A DNA stretch of 64,000 bases from Candidatus Eiseniibacteriota bacterium. GTDB taxonomy: Bacteria > Eisenbacteria > RBG-16-71-46 > CAIMUX01. Numbering within the stretch: position 1 is the stretch's first letter; the number at the start of each line of letters is the position of its first letter. The position numbers and the translations under genes were made by a program. The notes under the pieces were generated by a model. The model was not told the origin of the DNA. It was given only the letters and a program-made list of their open reading frames with translations, and ran no database searches. This document shows, piece by piece, positions 39,852 to 50,821 of this stretch. The stretch covers positions 194,649 through 258,648 of the forward strand of contig JAWKQE010000004.1 in assembly GCA_041390305.1 (NCBI GenBank). Direction: 5' to 3'.

Positions 39852-40294
39852 GTAGGTGAACCTCCTCAGAATGGCAGGGCAGTTCCAGTCGGCGCACGCG
39901 AACGCCCGGAGGGGTGCAGTGACCGACTGCGGAGTGATTCGGTAGAGCAGGGTGGCGTCCGGGCCAAGGGGATAGCTGAAGTGCCGGACTGGAAGCTGCT
40001 CGCGTCGGTGCCGAGATCCGATGCCGTCCGGATGACTCCCAGTGAGCAGACGGTATCGGGGCGGGACGAGATCCCGGCGATCGTCGCGGGACCCCGTCAC
40101 TCGATCGACGAGGCTACCACTAGGGCTCCGCGCGAGACAATCTTCTCGGGCCGGGAAGGCTCCCGCTCCCGGCGGGACGGCGGGGAGGACGCGCGTGCTT
40201 CGCGGTCGTAGACGAGGTCGATCCGGCGGCCCGCGGGAGGGACACTGGCTGGCCGGCCGGGGCACTGGCAGGCCCACACGGGGGACGCCGCAGC

Positions 40295-40329
40295 GCGTGA
40301 CGCACGGACAGACGGTCCGTGCGTCACGC
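40295..40329 (-). terminator. Perfect 15-bp-stem hairpin 8 nt after the FG-GAP gene stop
   Basis: gcgtgacgcacggac / agacg / gtccgtgcgtcacgc. The stop codon of the minus-strand gene is at 40337-40339. There is no U-tract. Confidence 0.6.
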
Positions 40330-40336
40330 TCGCTGC

Positions 40337-42995
40337 TCATCGCACCCTGAGAATCCTCTGCGCGTCCTTCGCATCCCCCACCTGGAGACGTGCCCAGTAC
40401 GCGCCGGTGGGGACGTCGCGTCCGTGATCGTCACGGCCGTCCCAGACCACGATGTGCTCCCCGGCGGGGATCGCCTCGTCTCTGAGAGTGGTGACGAGAC
40501 GTCCGGATGCGTCGTGCACCGTCAACCTCGCGATCTCAGCCCGGTCGAGGCGGAAGTGGAGATCGGTCCTCGAGTGAAACGGATTGGGTCGCGGCGCGTC
40601 GAGGAACAGCGTCGTCGAGCGGACGTCCGCGGCGAAGTCGGGAGTCGACGCCGGGTCGAGTGCGAGGCCGGCGACGACGGAGACATCGCGGCCCAGGTTG
40701 AACGGCGGCACACCGATGATCGCCGCGAGGTCCGCCTCGCCATCCCCGGTGAAGTCGCCGTAGACGAAGTCGGTCGAGACGGGGCCTACGCCATAGCGAA
40801 CGTGGCGGTCGAAGGTACGGTCGTGGAGATTCCTGTAGTACCCGACGTCACCCGACGGACCGTTCAGGGCCAGAATGTCCTTCGCACCATCTCCGTCGAC
40901 GTCCCCGACCCGCACGGTGTGCACACCCTGGAGCTGCGGGGAGTAGGCCGCGGGCATCGAGATCCAGGGAGCGAAGGTCCCATCGCCGTTCCCGTAGAGA
41001 ACGCAGACCGACTGCTGCTCCGTCGTCATGTTCGCGCTGATGACATCGAGGTGGCCATCTCCATCCAGATCGTCGACGACGAAGTGCTTCGGACCCCAGT
41101 CGACTTCGTGGAGAACATACGGACCGAATCCACCGGCTCCGTCCCCCAGCGCGAGACCGATCCAGTTCGACTCCGAGAAGAGGAGGTCCATGTTGCCGTC
41201 CTCGTCGATGTCCCCTCCACGAACGATCTCGGGGCCCGTCAGTGTCTCGTAGTGATAGGGCGCCTGGAACGTCCCGTTCCCGTTGTTCCGACGGATCCAG
41301 ACGTAGTTCGAGGGAACGCCGCCGGCGCAGCCCAGATAGTCGGTGAGGAAGACGTCCAAGTCTCCGTCTCCATCCATGTCGAACGCGTCGACGTCGCCAT
41401 TGCCACACGTTCCCACGGTCCAGACCGTCGCGGGTCCGAACGTGCCCTCTCCCTGATTCAGCCGGACCACGAAGTCGTAGTCGGGTGCGGTCGGGTGGTC
41501 GGCCCAGAGGAGGTCCAAGGTCCCGTTGCCGTCGAGGTCCCGGAGCTTCACTGCCATGGCCGCTTCGGAGGGGTAACTCTCGGCAGGGAGGAAGGTGCCG
41601 TTACCGACGTTGCGCAGGATGCGGACCCCGCCACTGCCCGCGTATCCGTAGGCAGTCGCTATTTCGAGATCGCCGTCTCCATCGACGTCACCTGCGTCCA
41701 TCCAGTGATCGAAGGAGCCCAACGGGTAGGCGGGCGGAACGCTCACTTCACCGTTCTCCGTCGGATAGACCGAGAGTTCGAGAGAGTTCCGCGAGAGAAC
41801 GAAGATCTCAGGCCCGGAGTCTCCGGAGGTGTCAACGGCATCGATCGCGATGCAGTCCTCGCCGCCCGGGTACTCGGTTCCGGGAAGGAAGCCGCCGGCT
41901 CCATCACTCGGGACCATGGTCCAGCCGCCCGCGTCCAGGTGTACAGTGAGATGTCGACGAAACCCGTCCCCGTAAGCATCCCGGACGGATGTCGAACGAC
42001 CCGCCGAGCTGCGCAGGAAGCGCGATCCGCTCGGGGCCGACGAGATCCGTCTCCCTGATTCCGGAAGAGCGCGACCGCACCGACGTCCACGTTGATCTGC
42101 GTATGCGAGCTGGAGTAGAAGACGTCGCATCGAGGTCGTTGTCGGCATCAGCGATGACGACGTTTGGGTAGTAGTCACCGGCCCGGGGTCGTGTCCGTCA
42201 CGTAGACGACGGGAGCGCCGAAGCTCCCGCCCGTGTTCAGGAAGACCGCGAGCTTCCGGTTCTCACAGGCGACCGCGACGTCCGGAGGCCGTCGCCGTTG
42301 AGATCGCCGGCGGCGAGCCTCTGAGGGGCCCGGGAGTCGTGAAGAGGGCGGGAGCACCGAGCGCCCCGGTGCCGTCTCGAGAAGGAAGAACGGTCGTCCC
42401 GAGCGGCCCGATCCGTCCGGGATTCGCGACGACGAGGTCGAGGTGGCCATCGCCGTCGAAGTCTGCCGTATCCATGCCGGAGGGACCGTCGTCGCCGACC
42501 GGGACCGTAACCTGGGATCGAAGGAGCGCGTCGCCGCCAGTTCAGAAGAACATCCACCGTCCGTGCCGATTCCAATTGGCACCGGTGTTCGCGACGATCA
42601 CGTCGACGTCGCCATCGGCATCGAGGTCTCCGACTTCGACCGCGGTAAGGCTCGTCGTCGTCTCGTAGTAGACCGGCAGCGCCATCTCCCCTTCGCCCAG
42701 GTTCAGGAGCACGGAGATCCGCGTCAGCCACCACCCGGGTGCTGGCCACGTCCAGGTCGGCCGCGTCTCCATCGAGGTCAGCGATCCTGGCGTGGGACGG
42801 AAAGTGGGCGTCCGGATAGAAGCCCGTGTCGAAGCCGATGAAGGCATCGAACTCACGCTCGAACGCATGCGCTGGAGTGGCAGCACCGAGGACGGCGGCG
42901 ACCAGAAGTGTAGAGCCGCCAGGAGGCCCGCGCCGCGTGATGTGGCCGGAGTGGTGTGGGGATCCTCCTGGAGGTTGCGATTCGGCAGGCAGCAA
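40337..42995 (-). pseudogene. FG-GAP/VCBS-repeat protein with C-terminal sorting domain; the 5' third (about 41900-42995) is frame-broken at least 5 times
   Basis: The 613-aa ORF 40337..42178 carries GDVDGDGDLE, RDLDGNGTLDLL, FDMDGDGDLDVF, GDIDEDGNMDLL, DDLDGDGHLDVI and GDVDGDGAKDIL, with tail GAYWARLQVGDAKDAQRILRVR. Further FG-GAP units sit in other frames upstream: DVGAVALFRNQGDG (41743..42090), DVAVACENRKLAVFLNTGGSFGAP (42175..42582), ADFDGDGHLDLVVAN (42263..42475), VEVGDLDADGDVDVIVAN (42542..43351) and a signal-like STLLVAAVLGAATPAHA (42237..42995). The start is uncertain. Confidence 0.7.
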
Positions 42996-43474
42996 TCAGA
43001 GAGGAGGCAGCGAACCCCGGTGATACGACAGAATCCAAGGAATCGAGTGGGATCGTCGCCGGATCGGCCATCCATCGCGGCCTGCCGCGGAGCCGCGATG
43101 GGCGCCAACCCTCGGAACGGATGGAATCCGGACGCGGCGCGCTGCCCCGGCGTCGGGGTTGTCGTCGGTCGGCGACCGTTACAGGAAGAACCGCCCCGCC
43201 GCGGTCCCGGAAGCAACCGCGGCGTCCCAGACCAGGAAGCACCCCCACCAACGCCACTTCCGTGCGAACGTTGGTTCGTAGGGGCGAATCCGCCATCCAT
43301 GGATAAAGGACCCCAACGCCGATCCGACAATGGGTGCATGGGCCCCAGCACTTCACGCCCCCTCGCTTCGTTACCTGCACGCTGATGGGCGTGGCGTTGG
43401 AGCCTTCTGTTTCCTCTCTCTGCAGCCCTCTACAGGGTTCTTCGTATCGCACCAACCGCTGATGGCGACGCTGC

Positions 43475-45674
43475 TTGGGCGCGGCAATCCGCTCATGTTG
43501 TTTGTCGCGACCGCGCCCACGTGGTGCTCCAGGAATCGTCTTCTACCGCTTGGGCTGCCGCCGGGAGCTGACCGCGGACGCGGTCGCGGCGACAGGGCGC
43601 AGCGCCGCCGCCGCGGAAGAGGAGACCAGATTCTACAAGGCGAGGGCTCGACCCTACGCCCGTCGCAAAAGTGTCGAAAGCCGACCCGTCGGGCCGGATC
43701 ACCTACGTCAACGATACGTTCACCGAGGTTTCCGGATACTCGAGGGAGGAGCTGCTGAGAAGGACGCACCGGGTCATCAACTCGGGCGAGCACCCACCCG
43801 GATTCTTCAGGGAGATGTGGAAGACGATCTCTGCCGGTTCGATCTGGCGCGGCGACATCTGCAACCGGACGAAGGACGGGCGGCTCTGGGTCGATTCCAC
43901 CATCATTCCGCTCCTCGGCCCCGACGGCCCGGTGCGGCCGGTTCATCCATCCGACAGGACATCACGGAACACCGAAGCGGTCCGAACCATCTGCTCCGAG
44001 GCGTACCAGGAACGGAGATCATCAACTTCCTTCTCCGGATACCGGCGTCGGCCTCTGCGCCGCTCCGGAACCCTACGAGAGATCGCGTTGGAAGATCATC
44101 AGCGTCCCTTGGCTCTCTCTGCTCAGTCGAGGCGTCTTCCTGGCGAAGGGGCCCCAGCTGGACTTGGCCGTGTCTGACGCGCCTCGGAGGAGGATCGAGA
44201 AGCGGTGCCGCGTCGATCACCCTGGCCAGTGCCTCTGCGGCCGCGCGTTCCTCATGCGGCACGCCCTCCCGCAAGCTGCGTCGATCACCGTCACGAGATC
44301 CAATACGAAGGGATGTCGCCTCACGGCCACTACAACGTGCCCATCCTGAACAACGGGGTTCCTCTGGGAGTTCTGGTCGTGTATCTGCCCGATGGACACG
44401 TCCGTCACGAAGCGGACGTCGTGTTCCTCCAGGCTTGCTGCGACGTTCTCAGGACACTCATCGTGGCCACCGGAACGAAGTCGCCCTGATCCGGGCCCGC
44501 GACGAGGCGGAGGAAGCCACACAGGCCAAGGCACGGTTCCTCGCCAACATGAGCCACGAGATCCGGACTCCGATGAACGGGATCATCGGGATGGCGAACC
44601 TCCTGGGAGGCGAAATCGTCGATCCCGCTTCGGCGGAGCGCGTCCGCATCATTCAGAACTGTGGACACTCGTTGCTCAGGCTCATCGACGAGGTGCTCGA
44701 CTTCTCGAAGCTCGAGGTGGACAAGATCGAGCTGGAGCGGATCCCCTTCAGCCTTTCCGCCACGATCGACGAGGTCGTGGAGCTATTCGCGCCAAGAGCG
44801 TCGGAGAAGGGGGTCGTTCTCGCGGCCAGGCACGGAGCGAATGTGCCCGCCGCGGTTCTCGGCGACAGCTCCCGCTTCCAGCAGATCGTGAACAACCTCG
44901 TCTCGAACGCTCTCAAGTTCACGAGCGTCGGCAGCATCGAGATCGAATCAGAGACGCGACACGCGGATCGCATGACTTCTGGACGATCCAGATAGCCGTT
45001 CGGGACACCGGATCGGGATCCCCACCGGAAGTGCAGCCGAAGCTCTTCCGATCCTTCTCACAGGTCGATGCGTCCCGGCCACGTCATTTCGGAGGCTCCT
45101 GGGCTGGGGCTCGCGATCAACAAAGGTCTGTGCGAGAGGATGGGTGGCACCATCTGGCTCGAGAGCGAGGAGGGAAGGGAACGACGTTCACGTTCACGCT
45201 GGAGGCCGGAGTGCGACGCCTGCCGTGGTCACGAATCCGGATCCATTCGCGTACCCATCCGGCCGAGGGGGAAGCGGGCCCGCCGCTACAGATCCTCCTC
45301 GTCGACGGTAATCAGGGTAGAACCTGCTCGTCGCCGGGGGCTCCTGAAGAAGCTGGGGTACAGATCCGAGCAGGCAATGAACGGCGTGGAAGCGCTGGAA
45401 GCTCGCGGGGCAGATCCTACGACCTCGTCCTCATGGATTGCACATGCCCGAGATGGACGGATTCGGGCGACGGAGAGGATCATCGCAAGTACGGCGACAG
45501 ACGACCCCCGCATCGTCGCGCTGACCGCCAGCACGCGCTCCAGGAGGACGTCGATCGCTGCTACGCGTGCCACATGGACGCCGTCCTGGAAAGCCGATCC
45601 GCATCCCAGACTGCGGACGTCCTCGCGAAACGCCTCGACTCACCGGCTCCTCCGAGCAGGAGAACGTGGCCTAG
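43475..45674 (+). pseudogene. Hybrid sensor kinase (PAS-GAF-HisKA-HATPase_c-REC), heavily frame-broken
   Basis: The pieces lie in different frames:
- PAS: [27 protein letters not shown]...[21 protein letters not shown] (43671 frame), then IRQDITEHR (43475 frame)
- GAF end: [25 protein letters not shown] (44205 frame)
- HisKA: [23 protein letters not shown] (43475 frame)
- ATPase: [11 protein letters not shown] (44392 frame) and GLGLAINKGLCERMGGTIWLESEEG (45068 frame)
- REC: LQILLVDGN, YDLVLMDC, IVALTA, KPI
Both ends are approximate. Confidence 0.7.
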
Positions 45675-45904
45675 GGGGGGGCCGACTGCCATCGTCGAGC
45701 ACGCACTCCCGAGTGCCCCCATTCAGCCACCCGAAATTCACCCCTCCCCGCGCCAGCCAGCCAACTGCCGCGGTCGTCCTGCTGTGTCGTGGCTGCCCTA
45801 TCGGCTACACTGACCAGGCGACGATGGAATCCGGACCGCTCGCAACGAAGCGCAGACCGCGTCCCCGGATCCAGTAGTGGACGGAACGGGGAGGCACCGC
45901 ACGC

Positions 45905-46983
45905 TTGCCGCGGATTCTGAAACTCGCCCTGGGACAGCTCTTGCTGTTCATCGTCGTCGTCCGTCGTGTTCGCGGCCGAGTGGTACGCCCGCCCGAGGTA
46001 TCCGGACATCGATGCGGAGAGACAACAGCGGCCAGGACCTCTTCGTCCGAGTTCGATGCGCGCGCTGCAAACGGGCCAGCCGGCCCGGTGCGGACACGCG
46101 GTTCCGGCGAAAGGACTTCGACACCCACGTTCGGATCTGGCGATCGCGGGTTCCGCGGCCCTCTTCTCACCCGGACTCCGTGTTCTCCATCGCCATCCTC
46201 GGTGACTCCTACGTCTTCGGACATGGCGTGGAAGAGGAGGAGACCTTCGCAGCGCTCCTCCGCAAGAGATGGCCGGTTCCGCGATGATCAAAGCAGCTTC
46301 AGGTGTCATCGGCTACTCGACGGGCCAGGGAACTCTCTCGTGCTGCTTTCGAGGACGTGGTGCTCCCGAGTGAGCCGGACATCGTCGTTCTCTGTCTCTA
46401 CCGGAACGACCTGCTCGACAACGGTCAAGCCGACAGCGTGGGGATCTACCGGCCATGCGCCATGCAGGGAGAAGGATGGTGAGTTCACGCTCTCGGTGCG
46501 AACCGTCGTCTCCGCTCTCGATGCGGATCCGCCGTGAGATCCAGAGACGATTCGTCCTCTACGATATCCTCGCGTTTCGGTTTGCAGGACTCCGGGCGGA
46601 CTCCATCCGGACCGAACCCTCCACGCCACGTGGACGGTTCTGGCCTGAACGAAGCGGAGCGGCTGACTCGGGATCTGATCGACGTGGCAGCGTCGAAGTG
46701 TGAAGAACGCGGCATCCAGTTCCTGCTCGTCATCCTCCCTGGCCTTGCCGACACCGGGTTCCTGTCCGACGTGCTGCGAAGCCCGACACGGGGACATCGC
46801 CTGGATATCGGACCGACGTTCTGACGAGTACGACTCCATCCGGACTCGGCCCTCGGGTTCACATACGACTCCCATTGGAACCCGCGTGGCCATCGCCTGG
46901 CCTCCGGCGCGATCGCGGATGAAGTCGAATCACTCGGTTGGCTCCCCGGATCGCACGTCTCCCCCCTGCCATCCGCTCGGTAG
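45905..46983 (+). pseudogene. SGNH/GDSL-family hydrolase, frame-broken at least 5 times
   Basis: The blocks lie in different frames: FSIAILGDSYVFGHGV (block I, 45877 frame), PDIVVLCLYRNDLLDNG, ERGIQFLLVILPG (46534 frame) and YDSHWNPRGHRLASGAIADEV (block V, ending at TAG 46981-46983). The N-terminal TM-like segment is LKLALGQLLLFIVVV. Confidence 0.6.
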
Positions 46984-47263
46984 TACACGCTTCGCGACTC
47001 CGCGACGGACGACCAGGCGCGGCCGTGTCCGTCGGCGCCCGAGCACACGGAACGGCCGCGGCACGTCGCGGCCCGGCACGGTCTCGACGATTCGGTGAGC
47101 CTTTCCGGTGTGGATGTGCGCGTCTCGGAGTAGGGAGTCGGGTTCGTGCGATGCAGTTCCCGATCGACACTCCCGCCGCAACTCCGAGGCCGCCCCGTCG
47201 GACGACTCCGCGTGATAGAGCCAGCCACGAGCCGGGGCTACCCAAACGCACAAAGGAGCACTC

Positions 47264-48758
47264 ATGCGTTGCCGGACTCTTCTCTCCGTCGCCCTCCTAT
47301 CGTGGGCCGGGATCTCCCAGGCGGCGGTCCTGGTCGCCAATCAGGGAGGCGGGGACGCCTACGTTCCAGGAAGGCGTCGATCGCGATCCCGCCAACGGAC
47401 AGAACCTGGTGGAAGTCGTCGGCGGCGTTCCATACGCAGTTGCGCGCTCAATCGCTCGATCGATGCGCACGGCGTCGACCTCACCATCCGGTCGGTGACC
47501 GACCCTCCGGCCGTGATCGACTGCGAGAATCTGGGACCGGGGTTCGTCTTCGCGAGCGGAGAGCAACTCAGTTCGGTCCGGGAGAGCTTCACCATCCTTC
47601 GCGCGACCGACGCGGTCCGTTGTACGGGAAGCGACAATCGGGCGACCCTGCGAAACCTGGAGATCTCGGCCAGCAACCGGGGAATCGCGGCCGACTACTT
47701 CACGCCGCAGATCGTGATCGAGAACTGTGTCGTCACCGGCTGTGGCACCGGAATCGAGATCTCGAAGGCGGTCGTCACGGACACCGACGTGTCGGGCTGC
47801 GGCATCGGAATGCTGATCTACGAGAGTTCCAACGCGACCATCACCGGCTGTTCGTTCAACGGCAACGACGCAGGCGTTCTGGGCAATCCTGGATCCCCGG
47901 ACTTCACGGACTGCAGCTTCACGAACAACTTCCAGGACGGCTTCGCAGGGGGGCGGCGGATTTCGTCGACTGCTTCTTCCGGAGAGCAACGGCGGTTGGG
48001 GCGCAGACATCGGCAACTTCGGCAGCAGCACGCTCGAGGGGTGCACCATCGTGGGGAACGCAGGTGGCGGGGTCCACTCCCAGGGCCAAAGCACCAGCGT
48101 CTCACTGACGCGCTGCACGATCATGGACAACGGCGGCATCGGTGCCATTCGCGGTTTGACGGCAGCGTAGAATCTCCGACTCGATCCTCTGGGGCAACTG
48201 CGGATACCAGGCCTATCACGACAGGGGCGGGGACGGGCGGGATCGCGGTCACCTGCCTCGATCGTCAACACCGGAGGCATCTCCGGGCGTCGGTGTTCAC
48301 GCAGGACCTCATCCAGAGCGACCCGATGGTCTGTGGTCCGGTTGCATGCGGGAGCACGCCGGACGGCGCGGGCGACTACCAGATCAGTCGGGATCGCCGG
48401 CCTTCCTTCCGGCAATCCCTGCGGGAGACAGATCGGCGCCACATCTCGACGGCTGCGGGGCATCCGGTGTCGAGTCGGAAGGTCCCCGGCTCGGAGACTT
48501 CAGGCTGACCGTTTCCCAGATCCCCTCGTCCGAGAGGGCACCCTGGCGTTCCGTACGCCGTCCGACGCGGAGGGCAGAATCATGGTCGTGACCGCGGACG
48601 GCCGACTCGCCGAGGAGGCGTGGGCAGGGCGGATGGCCGCAGGATCGACGACGGTCCCCTGGCACGTGAGCCCGGACCTCCCCGGTGGCGTCTACTTCAT
48701 CCGGCTCGTCGTCAGCGGCGAGGAGGTGGCCGAAACGAAGGCGGTCGTCGTGAGGTAG
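47264..48758 (+). pseudogene. Secreted beta-helix protein with C-terminal sorting domain, frame-broken at least 5 times
   Basis: ATG 47264 after AAAGGAG gives the signal MRCRTLLSVALLSWAGISQA. Beta-helix rungs are IENCVVTGCGTGIEIS, VSGCGIGMLIYESSNATITGCSFNGNDAGV and FTDCSFTNNFQDG. The sense continues in other frames (AADFVDCFF; GWGADIGNFGSSTLEGCTIVGNAGGGV...TRCTIMDNGG). The tail in 48333..48758 is GGVYFIRLVVSGEEVAETKAVVVR. Confidence 0.65.
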
Positions 48759-48954
48759 CACTTCCCGCGAACCCGGAAGGTCGGTCGCCCAAGGCAGACG
48801 CCGGCGACCGCACCCGGCGACGCCCCCGCGGCAACTCGGCAAGGAACGGCCACACCCGGGGGCGCCCCTGTGCGCGGCTGACAATCCCATCCCGCGCTGC
48901 TAACGTCAGCGTCCTGCGCCGCGTGGGCAGAGGTTCGGGGACCGGGAGACGGGA

Positions 48955-50817
48955 TTGGACAGTGCAAGGCGAGGGAGTGATCCGGCGGTTCCGCTCAGCG
49001 TGGCGGCGTTCGTCTTCGCAGCCCTCGTCTTCCTGAGCGGGCTCGGTGCCTGGCCGCTGATCGATCCTGACGAGGGCCGGAACGCGGAAGTCGCGCGCGA
49101 ACTGCTCGGGGCGCCGCTCGGCTGGGTCCCCACCTTCAACGGACTCGCCTATCTCGACAAGCCCATCGCCTACTTCCGTGCGGTCGCACTCTCCTACTCG
49201 ATGTTCGGTGTTTCCGAAGCAGCGGCCCGCGTTCCCACCGCGATCTGCGCCCTCCTCCTCGCCGCACTCTTCTACCGATTCTGCCGGCGTCACTACTCTC
49301 CGCGGGTCGCGGCCCTTGCTGTTTTCGTTCTCGCCTCGACGCCCCTCGTCCTCGCCTTCGCGCGGATCGTGATCTTCGACCTGCCACTCACGCTCTTCGT
49401 CGCGACGGCGATCCTGCTCGGCTTCGAGGCGGAACGGAGTGAGGGAGGCCGGCGTCGGATCCTGAGCCTGTGCGGGGCGGCCGCTGCCGGCTGTGCAACT
49501 CTCATCAAGGGACCGGTCGGGTTCCTCCTCCCCGGGCTCGTTCTCCTGGCGCACGGCTGGCTCACCCCGCGGCTCCTGGGACGCCCTCGACGCGGGTCAC
49601 CGTTCTCGCTTGCGGCCGTACTCGTTTTCTTCGGGGTCACCTTGCCATGGTTCATCGGGCTCAGCCTGGCCCAGCCCGACTTTCCCCAGTACGGGCTCGT
49701 CGAGGAGACCTTCCGGCGCTACTCCACCACCGCGTTCCACCGAACGGCACCGTTCTGGTACTACGGTCCGGTCCTCCTGGGAGTGTTCTTCCCCTGGAGT
49801 GCGCTGCTCCCGGACGGCGTGTTCCGCGCATGGCAACTGCGGCGGCGCCTCGAGGAGAGTGACCTCCTCTTCGCGATCTGGGCGCTCGTCGTCGTCGTGT
49901 TCTTCTCGACGTCTCGTTCCAAGCTGCCCGGATACATCCTCCCCGGCGTCGTCGCCCTTGCTCCCTTGGCCGCGCGCGTGTTCGTCGCGGCGATGGACAA
50001 CCGATCGGGCGTCGCGTCGCTCATGGTCCGGCGTGGCACCGTCGTTCTCGGCAGCCTGACTCTCGTCGGCGGCGCGTTCCTGCTCGCAAATGCGCTCGCC
50101 CCCGAAGTGACGCGGGAGACCTTCCGCATCCACGGTTCGGAGTTCCATCGATTCCGTCCGGTCTTTCTCCCCATGGGGTCCGTCTTCCTGGTCGCGAGCC
50201 TCGTTTCGTTCTTCGCCCTTCGCGGCCGCCGTGCCGGGATTCTCTTCGGCGTCTTCACGCTCCTCCCCGTCCTCGCGGTGGCTGCGGGCTGGTCGGGCTT
50301 CCGGGAGTCGATCGCGGAGGCTTCGACGTTCTCTCTCGTCCAGGAGATGGAGCTCGACCCCGACACGAGGGTCGCCTGCCTAGAGTGTTTCCCGCCCGGA
50401 CTCCCGTTCTACCTGCGCCATCCGGTGACGCTGGTCTCCCGCGACGGCCGCGAGATGACGAGCAACTACGTGCTCTTTGCACTCCGGGAGCAAGGCGGGA
50501 TCCCCACACCCTCCGCACCTGACGTACCCTCCGCAGACGACGCTCGCGACACACACGACGTGCGCGAGGAGAAGCAGTTCGCAGAAGGTCGGATCGTGCG
50601 CGTGTCGGACCTGGGAGCGTGGCTCGACTCGTCCCCGGCTCCGGCGTATCTGATCGCGAAGCGGAAGGGACACGCGCGGCTCGACTCTCTTGCGTTGTCA
50701 CACGGGTCGACCGTGGTCGAGCTGAAGCGTGGTTGGTGGGGAGTCGGGCTCCCGGGTGCCGAGGCACGTCTCTCCATGACGCCCATTCCTGCTGCGGCCG
50801 TGGAAACGGAGGAGTAG
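48955..50817 (+). CDS. GT-C fold glycosyltransferase (family 39/83, ArnT/PMT-like)
   Basis: Intact 620-aa ORF (TTG 48955; later GTG possible). It reads WPLIDPDEGRNAEVAREL...AYLDKPIAYF...TLIKGPVGFLLPG and has more than 10 TM segments plus a C-terminal soluble region. Confidence 0.85.
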   Translation: MDSARRGSDPAVPLSVAAFVFAALVFLSGLGAWPLIDPDEGRNAEVARELLGAPLGWVPTFNGLAYLDKPIAYFRAVALSYSMFGVSEAAARVPTAICALLLAALFYRFCRRHYSPRVAALAVFVLASTPLVLAFARIVIFDLPLTLFVATAILLGFEAERSEGGRRRILSLCGAAAAGCATLIKGPVGFLLPGLVLLAHGWLTPRLLGRPRRGSPFSLAAVLVFFGVTLPWFIGLSLAQPDFPQYGLVEETFRRYSTTAFHRTAPFWYYGPVLLGVFFPWSALLPDGVFRAWQLRRRLEESDLLFAIWALVVVVFFSTSRSKLPGYILPGVVALAPLAARVFVAAMDNRSGVASLMVRRGTVVLGSLTLVGGAFLLANALAPEVTRETFRIHGSEFHRFRPVFLPMGSVFLVASLVSFFALRGRRAGILFGVFTLLPVLAVAAGWSGFRESIAEASTFSLVQEMELDPDTRVACLECFPPGLPFYLRHPVTLVSRDGREMTSNYVLFALREQGGIPTPSAPDVPSADDARDTHDVREEKQFAEGRIVRVSDLGAWLDSSPAPAYLIAKRKGHARLDSLALSHGSTVVELKRGWWGVGLPGAEARLSMTPIPAAAVETEE

Positions 50818-50821
50818 GACG

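Noticed and set aside
40319-42058. Long antisense ORFs opposite real genes (40319..42058 +, 29436..31280 -, 59693..61255 -, 16756..18120 +, 3954..5321 +, 7904..9409 +, 47297..48463 -, 54670..55665 -, 55800..56747 -)
   Set aside because: Each mirrors a motif-rich gene on the other strand. Each has an Arg/Val/Asp/Glu/Pro-skewed composition typical of GC-rich antisense frames and carries no recognisable domain, signal peptide or SD-linked start.
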